A stretch of DNA of 64,000 nucleotides from Lingula anatina (GCA_051362555.1 CM120647.1:12128651-12192650), one strand, 5' to 3'; positions 25,498 through 37,640 are shown, counted from the stretch's first letter. Translations and numbers: made by a program. Notes: generated by a model not told the origin, from the letters alone.

Positions 25498-26409
25498 TAT
25501 GTATGTGAGTAGTAGATCGTGCTAATAAAGGCGTTAAAAAGGAATTTTATTTTAAATAAAAGACAAAAGCAAATGCTCTCTGTATTCGGTCCATTACACC
25601 CTCAACCCTGGTCTTTGAAAGTACGTTAATAAAATGTGTTAATTTCCATTTACAGTAGTAATTTTTTAATCGTGTACACGTGTAGTCCCTGCTTCTCTGA
25701 AATCTGATTATGTAAACCCTCGGAAAAAGGAAAGGAGAATGTTCAGTTTCATTCTAACGCCAATCGCTTTCTAATTTTAAATGGGTATGCTTATTTTTCT
25801 TTTCAGGCATCGACCTGAGATTTCAAGACATTCTGCATATTCGGAATGACCTGTTGTACGATTTATTGTACGTCTGCAGTTATCGGATGTTATAATTGCT
25901 CATTAATATACAAAACTAAAATATTGTTAACAAGAATGTATTTAAAGTTGTTCTTTAAGCAAATAAATCACTGCATCTGATGTCTCTGTGGTGTCCTAAT
26001 GTTACATAAACATTGGTCGTAGTGATCAGAGACACTTGGCAGATTTCACAAGTCTCGGTCCTTCTCTGTTTTGATCGCTTATTGACATTTTAACGGCGTT
26101 ACTTTGGGTTTGATGCCGTTTGGAAAATAATTTGGATTTACTCTTGTCATCGGTCACAATGTTTTACCCATTGGTTTGAAAATTCAGGTACATGGGGTAT
26201 GACCGGTGTTTCTGTGGCAAATGGAATTCCCTTCATTGGTGGTAGTAAGAACTCATGATATAGGGCAGAGAGCAGCCGCCTTAATTATTTCAAAATACCC
26301 AAGGCTATACACTGCTGCAGTTTAAACTCATAAATTCCCAAAGAGCGCTGTGATTACCATTACACAGAAAACTGCGTTACATAAAATTACCATTGTTTTT
26401 CCTGCCATA

Positions 26410-29400
26410 TAGTCGAGTCGCCACTCCCATAGGCCCAATAGTCGAACCCTGCAATTTTCTTTCCTGTAAACTTTATTTGCTGAAATGCATTCTTCAGGCC
26501 GAGAGAAGCAAAATTAGCTTGGTTGCTATTTCCTAGACTTTGAGCATTTTTCAATATGGCCGTCAATTTATGAGGAAAAATAGAAAAACGAGCAGAAGTC
26601 ACCGGGTAAACTTTATTGACAGCTTTTTTGAACGTGTATCCTATCAGGAGAGCACAACAGTACTAGTGAATACGCTTAAGCGCGTACCACTTAGCAAAAA
26701 ACCAAAATGGCCGTCAAAACATAAGGCAGAAAATGATAAAAGCTGCAGAATCAGTTTGTTTTTTGCATATTTATTTTTATTAAAATCATATCCCCTTTTT
26801 TATTTATGTTAATTATAATATTTTGTTAGACATGACCCGAAACTCTTGGAATAAGCTTATCTGACAGTTCAATAACCCCCCAAGAGTCTGTTTGCTACTT
26901 CTCCGGGTCCCATAGTCAAATATTTAAATTTTATTCCCTGAATTTTTAAAAAATAACTTAACACTTTGGGAGTATAAAAGCCAATTTAATTTGGGCTTTC
27001 TTGGCAGTGGCTAGATATGGAACATTGATCACTTTTCAAAATTCAAGATGGCCGTCAATAATATAAAAATATATTATAATATCATTATATTATAAATAAA
27101 TAAATATGTAACATAGCAAAGAGTCGGGTTTAAAGTGCATGGTATTCCACATTTCAAATGACCGCTAAAACATGCCCAAAAAAAGGTAAAAAAAGCAGTT
27201 AAATTACGTTTTAAACTGATAATTCGGCGTGTAATAAAATATATCCAACCCTGTTATTTATTGACAAAGTGTACTTGTAAGGTGCAGTTATACTAAGACT
27301 CTACAAAAGAGGATCATTGATAGGACTGACCACTACATAAGTTCTCTTTTTAATACAGAAAGTTTATCAAGGGCCAACAGGGGGTTCTGCAGGAATTTGG
27401 GCACAGGGAGTCCAAAATGTTAATCTGCAATCGGGACTCTTATATTTACATAGAGTCCCACCAAGTCCGTTGGTGGGGACGAGGGTGGGAGGGGGGCGAG
27501 TGTAATTTAATTTAACTTTTGCTAAAATATTAACCTTATTATTTTTTTTTTCGTTTTTGTTTTTATATTGATCATACCTTAATATTTTAATTTTATATCT
27601 TTATCATAACTTTTTTCAGTATGTACATAAAATTTAGCTTTAAAACTTCCCATTCTTTTTATTGAGAAGGCACGTGTAAGAATATTTCATCAGTATATAA
27701 CAGCATTTCTAGTTTTTCTTATTACTGCACTTTTTCACTTTACATTTTAAAGAGTCAATAAGCAAAACATCTTACAAATCTTTTGGTTATGCATGTATAC
27801 TGACAGCCATTAACATCTATGAGGCCATATTTTTCAAAATAATTGTTATTTTGAAGCTCTAAACTGGATTATTTTCATACGAATCATTTGTTCAGGACAT
27901 TGGTATACAGAACCAAAAATCGTAAGTTTCATGAATAGTTTCAAAACAAAAATGGCACCAACCCAACACAAAGTCACAACGGTCAATAGCCGGTACGATC
28001 TCCGCTTGCTTCGATGCAGGCGGCGATCTGTTGGCGCATGCTCGGGCAATAAATGTGGATGGGACGGTGTCGTGTGGAATCCTATTTCAGCCTTGTCGTA
28101 GTGCCTCGATCACCACCATCATCATCCACCTTTGGATACACTTGGATCATTTGTGTCGAATGTGAATTGGTCATGTCCTGTTGGGAAAAGGTGATATCAG
28201 TTTTCTGCTGCATGAACGAGGTTATGTGAGGCTGCAGGATCTGATCTATGTAGTGACGAGCAGTTACTGGTATGTTGCCATCAGCGACCACCATCGGCTG
28301 ACCGCCAGCAAGTGTCGACGCACAGTGGGGCTGCCGGGTGCCTCTTGTGCTGTAAGACTGGCATGGCGAAACTGGTCCTGTAGCTGATGCAACCTGGTGT
28401 AGTGATCCTGGTCTGGAGTTGACACTCTCTCGCCCTGGCTGCGGTATATAGCCAACAGAGCCAGGCACGTTGTGGCATTTAACCAGGTTCCTGATTGTGG
28501 GTTGGGAACAGCCCATACATTATAGCTCAAATCAGACTCCCCTCACACCCAGTGGCCAGAGATGTACGTTGTTCACATGATAGACATGGCATGATTCCGT
28601 TCACTGAACTAACAACATGGGTGGCCGGGTGGCCTTTTTTTGGGCCTTTATAGGCCTCCAAAACCAATCCTCAAAATGTGCAGATGCCCACTGAGTATTG
28701 TTCAGTGTGTATTTGGTCAATTTTTGAAAAAAAAAAAAAAAGCTTACCCATGTGCAATGAACTATGGCAACATGACAACTCATCATTATCTTAACTACCC
28801 GAGCACTAAGTCATCAATAAATGCACAAAGAATAATTACATCTACCCTACAAGTAGAAAAATGCATACATTACTATCTCAAAGCTTCCATCATCTGTAAG
28901 TGTATATTGGCAAAAACAACATTTCGAATACATGATGTCGATGGATAGCCCTCGCATATCCCCGTACTATGTCACGTTGTCCAGAATAGCTGACCTCATG
29001 GGCCCTAACCTCTGGGTTTGTATACCCCTGCTTGGATCTCTGTTATTTATAATAAAATTCATTATTAAACAACAAAAATGCCTTTACCCATAGCTGTTAA
29101 AATATTTAAAACGTTTACAAAAGAAGGATAAGAATAAAACGATTTGACGCCTTTTTTATTTCAAAATGATTTAGTTTACACATACTAGAATGATAATACC
29201 TTTCATTAATTTTTACTTTTAGAATGAAAAATTAGTTGTCAGGACTGAGATATCCGCAATCAATGTTTGGTTTGGTCATAGAGCAGCATTGATGGACATA
29301 TTGGTTTTCGTTTTTCGTATCATTTAACCTAAAAATATGTTTTATTGTGTGCTGTGTCTTGAACGCAGGTATATCGTTTTTCACGTTATATATGTATTTA

Positions 29401-30263
29401 TATTTGTTCCAGTTAAAGTCTATTTCAGTTAAAAGCTTTGTAGTTTTACAGTTGTTTCTTTGCCCTTCCATTATGTTTTGGAGGCCATTTTTATTAAAAT
29501 AACTTGCAAAATGAAATAAATGATCGCACTTTGCATGGATATAAATATAAATATGCAATGATGAACAATGGAGTGAAGCATCGATTTTTTATTTGAATGT
29601 ATGGCTCTCGCTTTTCACATAACAAATTGACGGCCATCTTGAATTTCGAAAAATTGTAAATATCTCGTTATATAAGCTTCTCTAAGTTTTGTAACCCAGA
29701 TGAAACAATTTCTTTTAAAAAAGCTTGCAAGATATAACATAGCAAGCTTTGACTATGGGGCTCGTCGGAGTGGCAAATGGACTCTCAGGAGATGGCACCG
29801 TCTGCCACCATCTGATTAATGTCAAATAAGCAGTTTCTGAGAGTTTAGGATCATGACTAACAAATTATCATAATGGACATAAATAGAAAAGGCGGAAATG
29901 TTTTAATAAGACTTAATTTGCAAAAAACGAACTTATTTTGCAGCTGTTTTTACTTTCTGCCATATGTTTTGACGGTCATTTTGGCTTTTTTGCCATATTT
30001 AACGGGCTTAAGTGTATTCACTAGTACTGTTGTGCTCTCCTGATAGGATACACGTTCAAAAAGCTGTCAATAAAGTTTACCCGGCGACTTCTGCTCGTTT
30101 TTCTATTTTTTTCTCATAAATTGACGGCCATTTTGAAAAATGCTCAAGGTCTCGGAAATAGCAACCAAGCTAATTTTGCTTCTCTCGACCTAAAGAATGC
30201 ATTTCAGCGAAAAAAGTTTACAGGAAAAAACATTGCAGGGTTAGCGTTCTGGCTACTCGACTA
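26410..30263. mobile_element. Non-autonomous DNA transposon with ~650-bp imperfect TIRs, Academ-like
   Basis: 26410-~27060 is the reverse complement of ~29620-30263. Termini are TAGTCGAGT...ACTCGACTA, flanked on both sides by ATA (3-bp TSD). TAG termini with a 3-bp TSD fit the Academ superfamily. Confidence 0.8.
28130..28600 (-). mobile_element. Decayed Tc1/mariner transposase fragment nested in the Academ-like element
   Basis: Frame-shifted remnants: GCSQPTIRNLVK...GSV...PQPGR, TPDQDHYTRLHQLQDQFRHASLTA...TVRRHL (Tc1 HTH region) and DGN...TARHYIDQILQPH...QQD (DDE region), with an internal deletion. Confidence 0.8.
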
Positions 30264-30330
30264 ATAACTGTAAAACGCATGGTGTTGCACTCCTAAAAGA
30301 AAAGGCTAATCAATTATGTAGTGCTTAAAC

Positions 30331-30499
30331 AGGCCCATAGCCAGCAATTTTAAAAGGGTGATTCTTTTTTTTTTTTTTTTTCTTCTTAAAAAGTGGACCT
30401 TTTACCATTCAACCTTCATACTTAGATGAAATTTACCTGGAGGGGACCTTTTCCCGGCGAAAAGGGGGATTTCTTTCGCACCCCTCTGGCTACGGGCCT
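30331..30499. mobile_element. ~170-bp MITE, hAT-like termini
   Basis: TIRs AGGCCCATAGCCAG / CTGGCTACGGGCCT; flanks CTTAAAC / CTTGAAC resemble a decayed TSD. Confidence 0.6.
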
Positions 30500-30521
30500 C
30501 TTGAACCATCCATCAGATTAC

Positions 30522-30650
30522 GAGAGAGAGAGAGAGAGGTGGGAGAGGGAGGGAAAGGGCGAGAGAGGTGGGTGAGAGAGAGAGAAGGTGAGGGGCGTAG
30601 AAAGAAAGAGAGAGGGGAGAGAGAGAGAGAGAGGGGAGAAAGGAGGAGGC
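30522..30650. repeat. GA-rich low-complexity tract
   Basis: Degenerate (GA)n. Confidence 0.85.
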
Positions 30651-30775
30651 TTTCATTTAATTCATTATATACTAGGGTACAACGGCCGTTGACGTCAGTG
30701 GTGCAAGTTCCATCAGTTGATTGCATTCGTTCTACGCTAGCGGGAATCAGTTGATTAACAGATCCAGTGGGTAAA

Positions 30776-31036
30776 TAGGAGAGACCGGGGCTACCTGGAC
30801 CCCGGGGTAAGTTGGAACCCCATCAAGCCTCTTTAATAAAGTTACTTTAAGATGCTAAATTATTTCATTTGGACTCTTTCTTAACACTATTTTTGGACGC
30901 TTTCTTAGCACTGTTGGATACGGCCACTTTACAAAATGATGTGGTCAATTCTTTTACCCCATACATGTAGTTACTTTGTCATAAATTGATGGGGGTCAAA
31001 CTTACCCCGGGGTCCAACTAGCCCCGGTCTCCCCTA
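30776..31036. mobile_element. ~260-bp MITE, Tc1/mariner-pogo-like (TA flanks)
   Basis: ~45-bp TIRs TAGGAGAGACCGGGGCTACCTGGACCCCGGGGTAAGTT... / ...AACTTACCCCGGGGTCCAACTAGCCCCGGTCTCCCCTA. Confidence 0.85.
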
Positions 31037-32472
31037 ACAAACATCAAATCCAAATTCTGCTTGACAACGGACTAGCACAATATGTGCAGCAAAGTTTAAA
31101 ATTACATGCATATCCAATGTGCTAAGAAAGGGAAACAGAATTGCAATAGATTAGCCAATGCATCTACTATGATTGAATCTAATGAAGGCTATTACAATAT
31201 GGTTAACTATGGGATAGTGGTCAAAAATGCAAGAAAGACTTTTCTAAACTAATTAAAAATAACCACCAAACTGCCTCAAGTAAATAAATAGAGAACGTCC
31301 TCATAACTCTAACTGAAGCATTATGCGGTAAAGTAATTAATTTAAATGAAAAAAAATACAAATAAAACATTTTTACTTACCTTGACTTCACATAAAATCA
31401 ATGGAGTTATCAATATGTGTCAAACTAAGCTCCTGCAACATTCAAGGCCACAAGCTTGAAAAAATCAAAATATATATATATATATATATACCAAACATTT
31501 ATGTATATTGATTCATATCAACTTATATTTAATTCAACTTCGGTCCTAAAAACATATAACATCCTGTAATCAACAAAACAGCATAAATAACTGTTTTCGA
31601 TTTGCTGACAACCACGAAAACAAAAGCATTAAGTAAAACAACATCTGTTTCAGGTATGAATCAGAAAGCTAAAGTATATAAGGGTTGATTCCAGACAAAT
31701 ACAGTGGTGTCCACAATATTTCAAACATATACATTCCACAACATATCATTTCTATACTGGTTTATTGGAACGCGATATAAAAATATTTGCTTTACAAAAT
31801 TGAATACAACTTTGAATTCATTCAATTCCTTATATATTTCTTGATGAAAAATGCACTTCTATATTGGGCAGTGTATGCCGTGGGTTTTCATATTAAACAC
31901 TGAATTATTTATGTCAAGGTTAAGGTCAAGTTGTTACTATTATAAGACTGACCAAGGGAAATGGCAACATAATTAAAGGCAGCCGCCCAATCAGAAAAGT
32001 CAAATGTCATAGCGCTCTTGGCCAGCATCAAAAATTGATTAAATAAATAAATCACACTTTAAGGATTTCGATTTTGTAGGGTGTCTAGACACCCTACAAG
32101 AAAGAACAGATAAAAGTTAATCTGTAAAAACTAATGGAATAATGCCGTTATCTCGGTCACTCGATCAGCATAACTCTCTTTCTCTTTTATTTTAATGTTC
32201 TAATAAAACGTTGAATTATTGTTTCATGCCTTGCTATGGCGGTTGTCAAAAAGGTTATGCAAAGTACTGCAATGGTGTGACTATCTGCAGTCTGATTTGT
32301 AAGGAAATGGTTGGATCAGATACTTCATGGTACCTGCATAATGCACTTTTTCATTTGTCATGTAACCGGTATATTATGGACAAAATTACGAAACACTCTT
32401 GTATCCTAGCCATCGAAATATAAAGATAGTACTAATCTAGATCTACATGTCTTTTTTCAGACCTGCTGTACC

Positions 32473-32983
32473 ATGCGTATTATAATTGTACTAGGCGTGT
32501 GTGTTTTCCTCTATCTGGTTACTGCTGAGGATAAATACTATGACAGTAAGTGGCTTCCCCGCGTGAAGATTGGAATCACGGTGTTGTCAGTTAAATGTCT
32601 ATATAATGTAATGATCCATATTGTATACACAAATAATCAAAGGTAAAAATGACAATAATTAAAATAGTTTTAACTGTACTTGCAATAGTGAAAGAGAGAG
32701 AGCGAATAACAACATCATTATTCTGAACTAGCAAACACTAAACTTGATTTTGTATTACCGATCTCTAGACCCTTTGAAGAGTTTAGCAGAGCGTGAAGAA
32801 GAAGAGGTATACGACGGTCAATTTCAGAGTTGGTATAAAAATGAGATTGAAAAACGTAGTCCGGGAATACAACCTTCGACTGTGGAGCAGTTTAAAATAG
32901 ACAAGCGGGACGAAAATAGTGCCATATCGAACACAGAGAAGGAAACCCGTGCACAAGCGACCATGCACACAATGGGAGGTTAG
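32473..32983 (+). CDS. Gene D: secreted acidic prepropeptide with a Cys-free cargo; exons 32473-32545 and 32769-32983
   Basis: TTTCAG acceptor, signal MRIIIVLGVCVFLYLVTA, phase-1 GTAAGT 32546. CTCTAG acceptor 32768 is in frame: NPLKSLAEREEEEVYDGQFQSWYKNEIEKR-SPGIQPSTVEQFKIDKR-DENSAISNTEKETRAQATMHTMGG. Family-type 3'UTR exon at 33262 (GCGTCGACCTGAGAAGAC); AATAAA 33340. Exon 1 was not located. Confidence 0.8.
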
Positions 32984-34232
32984 ATAACCAGGTGCTTGTA
33001 CCGGTAGGTATGATTTGTTGGTCAATGGAATAAAAGTATTAATCATTGTCAAAATCCACGACCTTATAATATCAGCGTCACAGTTGTTCAGCAATAAGGA
33101 ATAATAATTTTCCACATACAAAGGTAGCCGGAATTACATGCTGCCGATTCTTAATGTTTCATTACGGTGTGATTGGGGGAGGGGCACTTTCAGAAATTCA
33201 TTCCAATTAATAGTGTATCTGAGTTTTTTTTAAACTAAATCATCTCATGTCCTTTTTTCAGGCGTCGACCTGAGAAGACTTAAGCCTATTCAGAGAGGAC
33301 CGTATTTCGATTTAAAATGCATATTGAATTATAAGCTGAAATAAACGCATCAGACGGCTATGTTCATGTACTTGTGTTTAGTTTATTTTTCGTTTATCAT
33401 TCATTTGACTTTTTTTTTCTGTGGAGCACAACTGCAAACCTCATTCAAACTGGTTGTCTATTACATTTCAAGAACAAATGCAACATATTTCTAAGGGACC
33501 ATCCATTTTTTATCATTTCACAAGTCTACAAAGAATACAGAGAGAACAGAGTGGAAAAATGAAAACGCTTGACGTGTGCGGGTCGGGGAGGCGTGTTTAA
33601 AAAAGTTAAGATGATTGCACTTTTTTTTTTGATTGAAGCGAAATCCCTCACAGGTTTGGACTGACTCAACTAGCATTATATGTCTAACTGGATGGGGTTT
33701 AAAAATAAAGTGTGTGCAACCCTCTATACAGACAGAATAGGTACATGTACTGGCGATTAAGAGATATTGACCCTACATGTCCGTCCTTAATTCTTTATAG
33801 TTCAGGTACCCCGTGATACTTGACATTGACTTTGGATTAACTGCTTCATTGCAGAACACAAAATGGAACATAACGGGTAGCATTACGTTTTCCAATCAAA
33901 GTGGATTTTTTCATGCATCACGTGTATTTTTTCATTTCCGGCTGCTTATTTCCAATACTTTAAGCAATCAGTTTATTTTCATTGCAATCATGAAATTGGT
34001 AATGACTGTCCTGATAATGACTTGAACATACATTCAACAGAGAGCCGGAGTTAGTAGGCTTTAGGAAGTGAAGCGGTATGTCACAAAACAAAACAGAATT
34101 AACTCAACGAAATATAGTGATCAGTTACAGTAAAAAAGACAATTGATCAATTTTCTCTGTAGGATCCAATAATGGTTTAATGGCAGGAAATAGGTCCTAC
34201 AATCAGATGTACATATAATTGTCCGGGAAATG

Positions 34233-34318
34233 TATATAAAAAAACTATTACTGTGAACTTAGAGACGGAGATACGCTTCGTGCCGTTGTACACCGATACA
34301 AAGGATCCAAACGTAAGT
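34233..34318 (+). promoter_or_regulatory. TATA box and non-coding exon 1 of gene E
   Basis: TATATAAA 34233 and GTAAGT donor 34313, with spacing similar to genes A, B and C. Confidence 0.6.
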
Positions 34319-34464
34319 AACAGATATATGCACAAACGCTCTTTTCTCCCAATATCTTTCTCTTTATGTCATCTCTATCTACCCTCTCTCTTTCTCAGTT
34401 TCTTTCTCTTTTTGTCATCTCCCTCCCTCTATCTCTTCTTCTCTCTCAATTTCTTTCTCTTTCT

Positions 34465-34513
<49 letters not shown>

Positions 34514-34581
34514 CTCTCTGTCACCTCATCAATATAAAACTGATGTTGCAGCTTACTTTTCAGGAGCAAAGTTTGCCCATC

Positions 34582-35536
34582 ATGCAGGTTATAACTGCAC
34601 TTAGTGCGTGCGCTTTAATTAGCCTGGTGGTCGTTGTTTGTGCCCACGGGGATCACGGGGATCATGGTAAGTTCATTGTTTTTGAAAAATATAAAAAGAA
34701 TAACTCCATGCCTATTTAGCGCAAGATAGTTATATCCACTTCAAAAAATTGAACAAAGTCAAATGTTAAAACATACAAAATAATACCATGCATTTATCTT
34801 AATCCTACCTCACAGAAAGAGTTGCATGACTCTGAAAAATTGGCCGAGATTATCGCAAGGTCTTCACAACAAGGCCTTGGCAACGTCGCCAGTAACCTTT
34901 TTAAACAATAAGTTTCCAGGCTGGATAAATAAAATATTCACAGAAGTTGTGCACGAGGCTTGTAGGTTTTTTTTTTTTTTCTTTTTTTTTTTTTTTTCAT
35001 GCAAAGTGCATTTCTAATAATCACGGGATTAATTTTGAGTCGCACTGAACCAATAAATAAGGACCAACCCTCGTAATTTTGTTTGTGTGCGTGTGTATGA
35101 AACCGACCCTCTTTTTAACTTGTCACAATATTTAGGAATTGTAAGGATTGACATTTTCTCTGACATTTTCTCTTTAAATTGACATTTTCTATTTAACGTA
35201 GTATCGTGGACATATGGACATCATAATATCGACAAACGAGACGCACGCAAGATAGGTACCATTGAAAAGCAAGACTTGGCAACATTGAGCCGAAACAAGC
35301 GCGAACAGCACGTTGAGGATCAACAGCTTGAGGTTGAGAAGAACAAACGAAATGTCGACAGAGCCAGTCGGCTTCCCCTAAGTGTGGACAAACGACATGA
35401 TCGCCACTCCCACGGTGAAGGGCACCGTTTTAGTGGGTGCGATCACAATAACTGCTGGGTTTACTGCATGAGGCGCCAAGATGATCGTATTGGGGGGCAC
35501 TGCCAGAGCGGACGATGTGTCTGCTTCAAGCCGTAG
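34582..35536 (+). CDS. Gene E: His-rich multi-peptide precursor ending in a defensin-like domain, 139 aa; exons 34582-34666 and 35202-35536
   Basis: MQVITALSACALISLVVVVCA-HGDHGDHVSWTYGHHNIDKR-DARKIGTIEKQDLATLSRNKR-EQHVEDQQLEVEKNKR-NVDRASRLPLSVDKR-HDRHSHGEGHRFSGCDHNNCWVYCMRRQDDRIGGHCQSGRCVCFKP. The phase-1 splice is in frame; 3'UTR exon 35842; AATAAA 35912. Confidence 0.88.
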
Positions 35537-37640
35537 ACCACAGGTTAGTATACGTCATCCATGTTGTATCTATTCCCATAATTTAGGCAAAAGTTCGATT
35601 ATCCACTGTCAATTTATGTTTACGGCTGCATGGCGTTACGTTTCAGCGTTATTTTGGTAACTGATAAATCTAATTCAATTTGGTTCATATATCAATGATG
35701 CAGAATTTGAGTATTTATGAAATAGGGGTCATACCGGTGTATATTCATGATATTTTTTAACACGTAAATAGATAAATTATAACATGGTGAAATAAGCATA
35801 CCTTTCTAACTGTAGATTTTCAAATTACCTTTTCTTTTCAGGCGTCTCCTTGAGAAGACATGAAAGCATACTTTCAAAATGATCGTCGCAATTTAATGGA
35901 ATTAATGTTAAAATAAAACATTTACATCGCTTATTCATTGCAAACAGTGTTCACGAATCTAGTTACAAATCCAATCCAGCTTCTACAGTGTATATGTACA
36001 AAAGTTTTTTTTTTATCTTCAAGATTCAAAATCCCCTGAAATTTTATACTTTTATTTAAAGTCCTTCTTCTTTTTCCACCTATATTTAATGAATGACTTA
36101 CAAAATGCTTAAAGATTAAACTTAGCAATCATAATATTCCATTCACTATATTATGTTAATAAATTGTGACCTTTGCGTGGGCAATCATGACCTGTAAACA
36201 AAATAACAACGTTGAAGGCAGTATATTTGATATGTCAGGATAAAGTGTACATCTTATATTTATAGAATCGGTGGAAAGAAAATAAATTTATAGCTTTACT
36301 GGCTACTACTGCATACACTGAAATAACTTCATAATTTTAAAGTTCTTTCTTTAGTAGTCACATATGATGCAGTACCTGAATACATTTTCTCCGATCTCTG
36401 TGAAGTAACATTCAGCGCTGTTGAGCAGTCGTACATGCACATGTACTAAATACAGTCACGTTGGATAAATAATGCTAATGCTGTTCGCATATCATTTTGT
36501 GTCTAGAATTATCAAAAATCAGAAACACGAAACCTCACACAAGTGTCATTCCCACCAAGTTATGACAAAATATCTCGAAATGAATGGGATCATAGACATT
36601 TGAATTCATGTGTTGACATCATTTCATCCAAAGTTTTTTCCGCATTGCTTTGTTTGAAGAACCAAAATATCTGACAACTCGCTTTTAATATCTAACGACT
36701 GCATTTATTCCTTAAAAGAATCCTCAGCTATTCATAGAATCATATGGAGATTCTGTATAATTAATTCTGTAATATCAACATAAATGAGTTATATTGCAAT
36801 TTTATTGAAATTACTTTCTGCAGTAGGTTGCTCTTATTATTCATGTCATTACACCAAATAATTGCACCCAATATCTTCTTTCTAGATCCGTTTACTAATT
36901 TTCAATCACTCAGTCATATTTTCCTTGCAATATAGTCAAATTACGGTACCTGTAAAATAAACATTACGTAGCAATAACAGACCATTTCAATCTGGCTGAT
37001 TGAATATATCCTATTGTAGTTCTCAGTAAAAATGAATAGATACCTACGATGAAAACTGAATATTCAGTTAATACACATACAATTTACTGTTAGTTGCAAT
37101 TAAGGATAATTAGAAAGAACATTAATAAATGTACTTGGTAGCTGGATATTACGAGTGATTTGAAATGACCCACGAATTCGAAGGCCCACATTCGTTCCCT
37201 TGAAATCCCGATTCAGGGGCCCGTCGTTCTCCTGATGGACTCACGTGCTTCATCCGGGACGCAAGGGCCCAAGATAGGAAAGGAGGGGCATTAAAAGACA
37301 AAACGTGTGCCTGATAAAAGGAATAGAGGTGACGCGACTTTTGTAAAAAATCAAAAGTTTTCTCTCTTCTAATCCCACCAAGAAGAGAGCACATTTTGAT
37401 GAAATGCAAGCCATACGGAGTTAGTTATAGCTCAATTTAAGTTCAAGATCTTTGGCACCAATATAAGGACTTTTAACTGAAGAGAAAGGAAATATAATTG
37501 TCGACGCAGATGTAAACTGTCTAAAGTATACCGTATCATTAGGCAAAAGGTAATTTGCTAAGTCCCACGAGCGCCCTCATCCGTTCTCGTCTCGTGACAT
37601 CCCGATTCAGGGGCTAGGTCGTTGTCGTGAAGGACTGACG

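Larger units (their letters stand above)
2080..25880 (+). repeat. Tandem segmental triplication, unit ~8.1-8.2 kb (approx. 2080-10190, 10191-18364, 18365-~25880)
   Basis: Near-identical ORFs recur at 2536/10658/18801, 6132/14299/22427 and 4215/12358/20501. The third unit is clearly more divergent after ~22.9 kb and has no LINE at its end. Confidence 0.95.

Noticed and set aside
32211-32423. Cys-rich 70-aa ORF upstream of gene D
   Set aside because: Starts at TTG, has no signal peptide or family Cys spacing, and lies in the probable intron 1 or upstream region of D.
36790-36960. Possible minus-strand terminal exon (TTATTTTACAG acceptor, downstream AATAAA)
   Set aside because: Only a few codons and no supporting upstream exon; such signals are common in AT-rich DNA.
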